Of a stretch of 64,000 nucleotides of DNA, positions 12,716 to 22,127 are shown piece after piece. The position numbers and the translations under genes were made by a program. Every line of letters begins with the position of its first letter. The first letter of the stretch is position 1. The DNA is from Gracilinanus agilis (Eukaryota), in contig NC_058132.1 in assembly GCF_016433145.1 (NCBI RefSeq), positions 207,918,396 to 207,982,395 of the forward strand, in the 5' to 3' direction. The notes under the pieces were generated by a model, which was given only the letters and a program-made list of their open reading frames with translations, made no database searches and was not told the DNA's origin.

Positions 12716-12871
12716 ATTCCCACCTCCTTCCCTCCAGCACGGCCCAGCCTTCCACGTGTCTGCCTAATTACTTCCGCTGTAACAGTGGGGCCTGTATCAT
12801 GAACAGCTGGGCATGCGATGGCTACAAAGACTGCACTGATGGCTCTGATGAGGAAGCCTGCCCGACTGCCG
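12716..12871 (+). CDS. SORL1: SORL1 exon 31, linker + CR9 ([52 protein letters not shown])
   Basis: tttcccag acceptor, GTGAGT donor at 12872; 156 nt. Confidence 0.97.
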
Positions 12872-13493
12872 GTGAGTCTTAGAGCCCCAATCTCATTACC
12901 TTTCACCTCCCCTGAGCCAGAGCACCTTGGCCTCTTCAGTAATCCCCGGGTTTCTGGAAGTCACCCTGAAACAGTGCCTTTATCAGACTTTCTCAAACAG
13001 CACACAGTATGAGGAGACATGCAGGAAGAGGCCCTGCCTTGTAGGCTGCCAGATGTCATAGGGGATCCTAGAAATCGTCTGCTCAGACCCTGTCATTTCA
13101 TAACAGAGACAACCGAGCCTCAGAAAGGAGATCTCACACCAGGGTGGCAGTTGGGGAAGGGAGCAAACATTTATTAAGTACCTACTAGGTGCCAGGCACT
13201 GCGCTCAGTGCTTTATAAATATTATCTGATTTGATCTTCACAACAGCCCTGGGAAGTAAGTGTTGTTATTATCCCCATTTTACAGTGGAGGGAACTGAAA
13301 GAAAGGTCAAGTGATTTACCCAGTGCCATGCAGCTATTAAGTATCTGAGGCTGAATTTGAACTCAAGTCTGACTCCAGACTCAGAGCTTTATTCCCTACT
13401 CCTGCCACCCCCACCCCCATGACCCAGCTGAGGTAGAGCTGGAATTTGAATCCAGATATCCTAAACTCTAGCCTAGTGATCTTTCCCCTGTAT

Positions 13494-13706
13494 CAATGAT
13501 GGCAAACCTTTTAGACTGAGTGTCCAAACTGCACTCACACATTCCATGTGAGCTGCCCCCTTACCCCAGACAGGGGAGAGAGGAAGAGCTCCCATTGGGC
13601 TGCTGGGCAGAGGGGCAGGCGATGGGGGAAATGTCCTTAGGCAGGCGTGGAGAGGGAAAGGGAAGCAGCCCCCTCCGGCACGTATACCATAGGTTTGCCA
13701 GCATGG
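13494..13706 (+). mobile_element. Non-autonomous hAT element (213 bp)
   Basis: Imperfect TIRs CAATGATGGCAAACCT / AGGTTTGCCAGCATGG; 8-bp flanks CCCTGTAT / CCCTATAG (6/8). Confidence 0.8.
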
Positions 13707-14664
13707 CCCTATAGCATGTTGCCTTCATAATAACTATAGCTAGCATTTTTATATAGTGCTTTAAGATTTATAGAACCTTCTACAAATATCAGTTTTGATT
13801 CTCACAATAACTCCTGGAAGATGTAGCTGTTCTTATTATAGCTTTCCAGGTGGGGAAACTGAGACAGATGGGAGTTGAGTGACTTGTCCAAGGTAACATA
13901 GCTAGTGTCTAAGGCTAGATTTGAATTCAGTTCTTCCTGGCTCCACTGCCTGCTTGTCCTTTGAGGGGGTGGATGTAAAGACTGAGCTAACCCTCACTGC
14001 AGGAGCAGCTTTCAAGATAGCAATCAGATTTATGAGCAACTTTTCCTTGGGCTGTGCTTTGAATGCTACATTACACAGACAGACAAAACGATGAAATGTA
14101 CCAGCTTCAAAACTTTTTGCTTTTTTATTCCTATCTCAGCGACTCTGGGGCTTCCTCCCTAGGCAGGAAGTGCAGCCAAAAGTATGTTTCAGAATTTACT
14201 TTTGTATTTAACCCTGGGGAGAAAACAGACCTGCATGTCAATTTCCTCCTCAAAAAGAATACAAGGCTGCCATCTAGTGGCTGCATGGGGATACACTGTT
14301 CTCTAAAAGGGGCAAAGGCTCAATGTCCTACATACAGGCTATTTGAAGGCCTTGAGAACTCCTCTAATTCTTACTCCTCATTTAAGGTAGAAAAGAAATA
14401 CCACAGACTAGAGGAGTGTCCTATTCATCCAAGAAGAGATTCTATAGTGCTTATCACTGTGCCTGGCACATAGGTGCTTAAATAATGTGTATTGAACCAG
14501 TGAATAAACCCTTCTTTAGTTTGCTCTTTTCCAATTTAATCCATTAGAGCACTTAAATGAAATGTGGATTCAGGAGGCTTGGGTCATCATGCTGGCTGTC
14601 TTTCACTTTCTAGCTGTAAGATTCTGGATAAATCACATACTCAGTTTTGACATCTAGAAAAATG

Positions 14665-14835
14665 AAGGAGTATTTTTTGGAAAAATATTTTGATAACTAT
14701 ATTTCCATATAATTAGTTCTTTTATAATACTATGTATTTTTTGCATTTTATGCATTAAAATATTATTATGAAAAAGGGTCCATAAGCTTCATGAGACTGC
14801 CAAAGGGGTTCATGACACACCCCCAAAAACTGTTT
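14665..14835 (+). mobile_element. Old hAT-type DNA transposon fragment
   Basis: 3' end ...GGGGTTCATGACAC...TTTAAGAACACCT resembles the GGTTAAGAACCCCTG termini of old mammalian hAT MITEs (recall). Confidence 0.45.
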
Positions 14836-15254
14836 AAGAACACCTCCCTTAATTCAATCCTTTCCATTTTATTAAGCGGATAATGATGTCCAGAGAAATT
14901 GGTTGACTTGCCCCAAATCTTACAAATGGTACTACACAACCAAGATCTTAAGTAAGAATTTCAAATCAGAAGAGTATTTCTCATCTAATCTGAATTCTTC
15001 CTCTATCTGTATTTTGAACTCATTTCTCTTTTTGTAGAGATAGAGAATGTTCACTCATGATCTTTTGCATGAAATTTTTGCATGGCAAATTGTTAGGCCT
15101 TGGTTCTGTTTTTTCTTTCTTGAAGCTTCATCATACTGCTCCCCTGCTTAAGAATCTCCAATAGCTCTTTATTGCCTGATATAATTCCAGACTCCTCAGT
15201 TTTCCTTTATGACTTTCTATAATTTGAAACTATGCTCCCCACTTATGGGGATAG

Positions 15255-15480
15255 CTAAGTAGTACAATGGATAGATCACAAGGCCTGGAGTCAGAAAAAC
15301 CTTAGTTTAAATCCAGCCTCAGATACTTCCTAGCTGCGTGACCTTGGGCAAGTCACTTAACCCCATTTGCCTCAATTTCCCCATCTGTCAAAGGGGCTGG
15401 ATTAGGAAATGACAAACCACTCTAGTATCTCTGTCAAGAAAACCCTAAATGGTATTAAAGAGTCAGACATAACTAAAAAA
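15255..15480 (+). mobile_element. MAR1 CORE-SINE
   Basis: tRNA-like head, CORE, GAAATGACAAACCACTCTAG tail. Confidence 0.82.
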
Positions 15481-15929
15481 TACCACCCACTCTCCCCCTA
15501 TATCTTCCTCCTGTTTCCACTTAAACCACTCTCCTATTTGCCTCCAACAATGTGATTACTTCAGTGCTCACTAACCTCTCCTCCTTTTGTATTTCCTATA
15601 CAACCTATTGTTAGTATTGTCCATTTTAGCCCTCAATTGACTTTTCATGATTTCTGCTTTCTGATTGTTTGATGTATACAAAGCTTATCTCCCCCACCCC
15701 AAATTGTGAGAAAGTCTTTGAGAACCAAAACCCTCCCTAACCCACTAGTAGTATTTGGTCAGTAACTCATCTGCTAAGATGAGGAAACATTTCACTTTAT
15801 TCTTGGCCCCAAGACCCAGCCATTGAACCATTTTCATTATTCTTCTCTCAGCTGTATGAGTGGGTCTGTGATCTTATAGATATGGGACCTCAACCTCTTC
15901 TCATCCCATCCAGGTTCTACACTACAATT

Positions 15930-16190
15930 CTTCTTGTTGTTCAGTCATTTTTTCAGTTGTGTCTGTTTCTTCATAACCCCATCTGAGGTTTTCTTGGCAA
16001 AGATACTGAAGGGGTTTGCCATTTCTTTTTGGGCTCATTTGACAGATGAGGAAACTGAGGCAAACAGGCTTAAGTGACTTGCCCAGGGTCACACAGTTAC
16101 TAAATATCTAAGGATAGGTATGAATTCAGGAAGATGAGTCTTCCTGCCTGCAGGCCTAGTGTTCTGTCCACTGAGCCACCTACCTGCCCT
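15930..16190 (-). mobile_element. MAR1 CORE-SINE
   Basis: Reverse tail TTGTTGTTCAGTC...TTTTCTTGGCAAAGATACTG...TTTGCCATTTC and CORE. Confidence 0.85.
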
Positions 16191-16221
16191 TATTCCAGGT
16201 CTTCTGCAGGTGATGCTTTAT

Positions 16222-16401
16222 TATTTTTTTCTAATTCTTACTTTCTGCCTTAGAATTGACTAAGTATGGATTCTAAGGCAGGAAAGCACTAAGGGCTAGG
16301 CAGTTAAAATTAAGTGACTTGCCTAGGGTCACACAGCTAGGACGTGTCTGTCACCAGATTTAAACCCAGGATCTCCTGCCTCCAGGCCTAGAGCTCTTAC
16401 A
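16222..16401 (-). mobile_element. SINE1_Mdo-like
   Basis: CORE AAGTGACTTGCCTAGGGTCACACAGCTAGG and head ...CTCAGCTGCCCC. Confidence 0.85.
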
Positions 16402-16670
16402 CTGTCCTACTCAGCTGCCCCATCATCCTTTATTCTTCAAAGATATACTTTAATCTCCACTGAACCATGGCCTTCAGCAATTGTAAGTGAAATAAAGCAG
16501 ATTGGATTGTCTCTCAGTTCCTCCTTGTCCAACTCTTAACACATGTTCCAGCATTATGCTTTCTGGCTCTCAGAGGCCTTTATTCAGCTTTTTCTGTGTT
16601 GCGCCCAGAGGTTACTGGCCCTTCCTGTTTGTCCTGAGGTTCTAATGGGTTTTCTTGTCCCCTTTTCCAG

Positions 16671-16820
16671 CCAATGTCTCTTCAACATCCACTGCCACCC
16701 AGCTGGGACGATGCAGCAGATTTGAATTTGAGTGTCAGCAGCCGAAGAAGTGCATTCCCAATTGGAAGCGCTGCGATGGCCATCAGGACTGCCAGGATGG
16801 CATGGATGAGTCCAACTGTC
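16671..16820 (+). CDS. SORL1: SORL1 exon 32, CR10 ([50 protein letters not shown])
   Basis: ccttttccag acceptor, GTGAGT donor at 16821; 150 nt. Confidence 0.97.
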
Positions 16821-17809
16821 GTGAGTGTCTAGAGAGCCATTAAGAAGCTAATTTTTTGTAGAAGTATTCCATTCCTTGGCCTTAATTTCCAGGAAACTCT
16901 AGATCCCTTCTTGAGTGCAGTCTCTCTACAGCGGTGTGTCTGCACCTATGGACACATATGTAAGGCATGTTTATGATGGATGCCCATAAACACTTGGGGT
17001 CAGAATCAAGAAAGAGATCCCTGCAGGCTGCATACTGACTTAGAAAAATCACAAGTTAGCATGATCTAGTTTGCATTGTATTTTTATTTATTTTCTTGAA
17101 TGTTTTTTCAACTACATTTTACTTTTTAAATTCATACCTTATGTCTTAGAATTGATACTAACTATTGGTTCTAAGACAAAAGAGCAGAAAGTCTAGGCGG
17201 CAGTGTTAAATGACTTGCCCAGGGTCACACAGATAGTGTGTGTGTGTGTTCATTCCCACACAGCACACAGCAAGTGCTTAGTAAGCATTTCTTGAATGAG
17301 TGAGTGCGTGTCCTATACCCACTCGGGAAGCACCAGGATACCAGTGATGTGGGCACAACCTGGGCGTTAAAGTTATTTTGTTTGACCTCAGGAACGCGGG
17401 CTTTCTGGCCTTGTCGTCTTCCCTTTACAGAGGGCTGGGGAGGATGGTCTTTCTTTGTTCTTTGATTACTTGAAGTCATTTCAAGGCACCTCCTTCTGTG
17501 GAGCACAGGTTAATGGGAAAATGCATCACTTGAACAGTCTCTGTGACTGGGGTGGGGGGTGGGGGTGGCTTGGGGGATCCTTCCAGGCCGATTCACCCCC
17601 AAGAGACTGCTGCCAGGGAGAGAGCGCCAAAGCCATGACACTTCCCAGGTGTGCTAAGGAATGTGGCTGTGCCTGGGGCTGACAAGGCCGAGATCCAGGT
17701 TCCTTCCCTCCCTCAGAGGGCCAGGCGGCTGTCCTGTTCATAGCTGCAGACTTCCACGGTAGTTGTCACCATCTCAGACATACACGTTCCGGTCACAAAG
17801 GCCGCTAGG

Positions 17810-18065
17810 TCAGTGAGTGTGGAAAGGACAGCCGCAGCCCTGGGATTAGAATCAAGAACACTCATCTTCTGGAGTTCAAATCCAGCCCCAGACACTTAGT
17901 AGCTCTGGGACCCTGGGCAAGTCATTTTGCTTTGTTTGCCTCAGTTTTTTTCATCTGTAAAATGACCTGGAGAAGGAAATGGTAAACCACTCCAGTATCT
18001 CCATCAAGAAAACCCCACATGGGGTCACAAAGAATTAGACACAATCAATAATGACTGAACAAAAA
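17810..18065 (+). mobile_element. MAR1 CORE-SINE
   Basis: CORE plus GAGAAGGAAATGGTAAACCACTCCAGTATC tail. Confidence 0.85.
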
Positions 18066-20402
18066 AGAAAAGCACTTCAAAGAGTAAATGTATTTGGGGT
18101 GGGGCGGGGCAGCAACTAGTTGGCCCAATAGATAGAATGCCAGTCAAGAGTACCTCAATTCAAATTTGGCTTCAGATACTTCCTAGCTGTGTGAACCCTA
18201 GGCAAGTCACTTAACCCTGTTTGCCTAAAAAAAGAAAAAAAAAGAAGATTATGGAAAGAGCCATATAAATCGATCACTGCTGTTAGAGGGTGAAGTGAGT
18301 GTCCTACTGATAATGGGCTATGTATGTCTTTCCTGTAGGAAACGAGCATGGTCTAGTGCAGTGTTGGTAAAGTACTGGTACAGGTGCTGGGCTGGCACAG
18401 GGGTGGGAGACTACTCTTTCCCCCCCCCCCTTCCCAGTGTTCAAGGACATTTTTTTGCATGCCCTGCCCCTCTGTCCAGCTGCCCAAAGTGAGCACTTCC
18501 TCACTCCACTCTCTGGGGTAATGTGGGGGTGGAGGGGGCTTACAGGCTGCTTGAAGGTGTAGTTTGGGCACATAAACTTGGTCTAGTGGAAAGAAATTGG
18601 GTTCTAATCCCTAATTTCCCATTAACCAACTGCTTGATTTTGAACAAGGCAGTTAACTTCCTTGTTCTTTCCTGTTCCATCATAGAGTTTTTATGAAACT
18701 TTTTGAAAGAAAAGGTTTTAATCCAACTTTGTCCAATAAAGTCATTTAACCCAATTTACCTCCCAGTAAAGTACATTTACAATGTCACTCTCAGTTAGTT
18801 GGTCATCCAGACTCTTCTGGGATGCTTCCAGTGACAAGTTGTGTGACCTCCCAAGGTGGTCACCCATTCCATGTCCAGAGAGCTCTTCCTGTCAGGAAGT
18901 TCATTCTTGTATTGGACCAAAATATACCTCTCAATAACAATTGCCCTTTGTGGCTAGCTCTGCCCTCTGGAGCCACCCAATTGCATAAAACAGTCCCTAA
19001 AACTTTAAAGATGACTCTCATGTCCCTTATCAAGTCCTCTCTTCTGGTTAAAAATCCCTAAGTCCTTCAGCCATTCCTAAAATGTTAGTGTAGTTGTTAT
19101 CCTCTTCCTCCTCCTCCTCATTCTGACATTCATATAACCCTGTACAAAATACTTTTATGTTCATGATCTCATTTGACTTTTCATTAGTCCTGTGTGATAA
19201 GAAGGACATCTATTATCCTTATGTTATAAATTAAGAAACTAAGGCACAATTGCCCAAGTGAGCTCATATATAACTAGCAAGAGAGAGCCAGAATTAAATC
19301 CTCTTCTGTCTCCTCATCTAGTGCCCTTTGCCATGACAACAGTTTCTATGAACTTATGAATTTAAGAGGTAGTTTTCAGTATTTCACTGTCTTGGCAACT
19401 CTTCTGGAAATAGTTCAGTTTGTTAATACTCCTTTAAGATGATTCCCAAAGTGAGAACACAGACACACACACGTATGCATACACGTGCACACACACACTC
19501 ATACACTGTACACATATACACACACAAATGTATATATACCCAAATGCATATGTGGATGTATGAATGAACAGTGTAAGATATCTCCCTTGCTCTGAATGCA
19601 GTACCTTATTACAATGATTATTGTTCTTAATCTAGCCTAAGATCACATCAGCTTTTGAAACAGCCAAGTCACACTTGATTCACATGGAGCATGCATCCAC
19701 CTAGAACTTCCAAGCCTTTTATCATATGAATTGCAATGAAATCACAGCTCTCTGTACTTAGTAATCAAATTTTTTAACCCAGGTGCAGAAATTAATATTT
19801 AGCCTTATAGCTCTCTGCTAGCCCTTTTACAATTATTATCTCATATGATCCTCAAAACAACCCTGGGGGTTTAGATGGACACTTCCTAGCTGTCTGCCTG
19901 GATGAGTCACTTAACCCCCATTATTTAGCCTTACCACCATTCTACCTTAGAACCAATACATAATATTGATTCTAAAATGGAAGGAAAGCGCTAAGAAAAA
20001 ACCCTGGGAGATAGGTACTGTGCTTTTCCCCATTTTGAAGATAAGGAAGCTGAGGCAAACATTGGTTGAATGACTTGCCCAGGGTTACTTGGCTAGCAGG
20101 TGTCCAAGGCTGGATTTGAATTCAGATCTTTCTGACCCTAGAACTCATACACTGTCCACTCTGCCACCTAGCTGCCCACACAATAATAGCAAATGTTTTT
20201 ACTATGGTTATTGCTCAGGAATTGTGGAATCAGAGATCAAAGTACTCCCCTGAGCTATATATTAGTCTACCTTCTCCAAAGTATTTTTGTTGGAGATATT
20301 AGCATGTGAAAGCATGAGAGTCCTGTAATTTGTGTGTATGGCATATGAATGAGAACTTTGTAAACCTTAAAGTGTATAAAATTGTAAGTGATGAATCCTC
20401 CT

Positions 20403-21372
20403 TGTAGTATACAGAATTGGGGGGGGATATAGTTTTTTCTAGCTTTGGCTGAGTTCCAAAAGCAGTTGGGCTTTTAGAATCTTGAGGAAAGAGGCAGTTG
20501 ACTGGATCTTCCGTGGAGGGAGGAAGTCAGTGAGCGAGCTCTTAGATTATCTAGCTTCAATATTGAAATTTAGCCTAGCATCGATATATTTACTTAAGAA
20601 ATTATTATTTTAGATAGACCCTTTATATCTTCTTTCCTAATACCACCCTGCCTTCCCTCCCTTACCTTAGTGGCTGTGGAGTTTATAAGGAGAGAAATTA
20701 GAGAGGAGTTAAATCTGTGAAGAGTTATCTAATTGACAGCATTATTTATAATTTAATCAAATCATCTTTATTCCCTTTAGATAGCATTTTGTAAAACTGA
20801 GTAAGGCAGGTCCTTGCTCAGATTCCATCTTCACTTCCCTTCCCCCACCTGAGGTTCCTGAGATAACTAATAGGGCTTTCCTTTAATCCACTTTCCTGAA
20901 AACATCCTTCAAACAAATAAATCCTTTTGGGTTTCAATAGTCCTATTTAGTGTAATTTGTCTGTTAGTTATCAAGAAGGAAGAAGAAGGAAAGAGACAAC
21001 ATACTTTGGGCTTAGAGGGTAACTGGGGCATCCATCTTGAAAGGAAGGTGTTACTTCAAAATAGGTCCCTTCCTGTGAAATTAACTAAAGCCTGTTTGTT
21101 AATTTCAGTCTAGTCTATTTCCCTCAGCTTGTGTTTGAGTCTAAGTCCCAGTCTGTAAGCCTGTTGTGTTAGTCTGTTTAGTTTAACTTTTTTCTCCCAA
21201 GAAGATCTCTGTTTCCCTTCTGTGTTATACTCCTGACTTCAGTCCTATTATACCCTGAATCTCCTTTAATCCCAGCCTACCTGTAACCTAGTTTACCCAC
21301 TTAGCAAGTCTCCAACATCCTCCTTTCAATTCCCTTATCCCAAACACCTTTCCTCAAATTACCCTCATAACA
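20403..21372. mobile_element. Candidate solo LTR (~970 bp)
   Basis: Starts TGTAG, ends ATAACA; flanks TCCT/TTCT (or CTCCT both sides if the end is extended 2 nt); composition differs from surrounding intron; family not recognised. Confidence 0.45.
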
Positions 21373-21559
21373 TTCTCCTTTGGTCAATTCTGACACATCT
21401 AAATGAAGCTAATTTGGCCAGAAAAAAATAAAGTTACTGACCACAGACATGAACATAAATAGAGCCTTAGGCTCAATTAATGGAGTCCATTACACCTGCC
21501 TTTTTAAAAAAATCATGATTCCTCTGAGTTTTTGAATTTCATATTGTTTTGTTTTGTAG

Positions 21560-21691
21560 CCACGCATAGCACATTGACTTGTGTGAGCGGACGATACATG
21601 TGTGAGGACGGAGAAGCCTGTATCGTATTGACAGAGCGCTGTGATGGGTTTCTGGACTGTTCTGATGGGAGTGATGAAAGGAGCTGTACTG
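21560..21691 (+). CDS. SORL1: SORL1 exon 33, CR11 ([44 protein letters not shown])
   Basis: gttttgtag acceptor, GTGAGT donor at 21692; 132 nt; last LDLa repeat. Confidence 0.96.
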
Positions 21692-22127
21692 GTGAGTGAC
21701 TTTGTCCCTAGTTGCCTATTTAGATAGCTGCTCTGTGTCCCCAGGTCAACCATGGGCAGCCTGTAAGGAGCTAAGAGACTTCTTACTTTTCATCCAAACT
21801 GATGGTGAAACAGTCTTTCTTTCTCCTGGTTTTTGAGCCCTTAAGGAAGAGAAGAGGCTAGATTCTGAAACCCTGACACTATCCTTACCCTATCACTGGG
21901 CCGTGCTCCTTCCTGGCTTTGTTTTCACTGTGATTCTTTCTCATTGTGCATACTCAGCCACCCAGGCCTTTAAACAGCACTGGGCCTCAACTCAACTCTT
22001 TGTCTTCTCCTTGAGAACATGGTAGGTATTCAGAGCCCTGGTGACTGAAGCGATAATGAATGCCAGTCTATTTCCTTTTGATACTTCTATTTGAAAAAGG
22101 TGAAAGAGGTGGCTAACATGTCACCAG

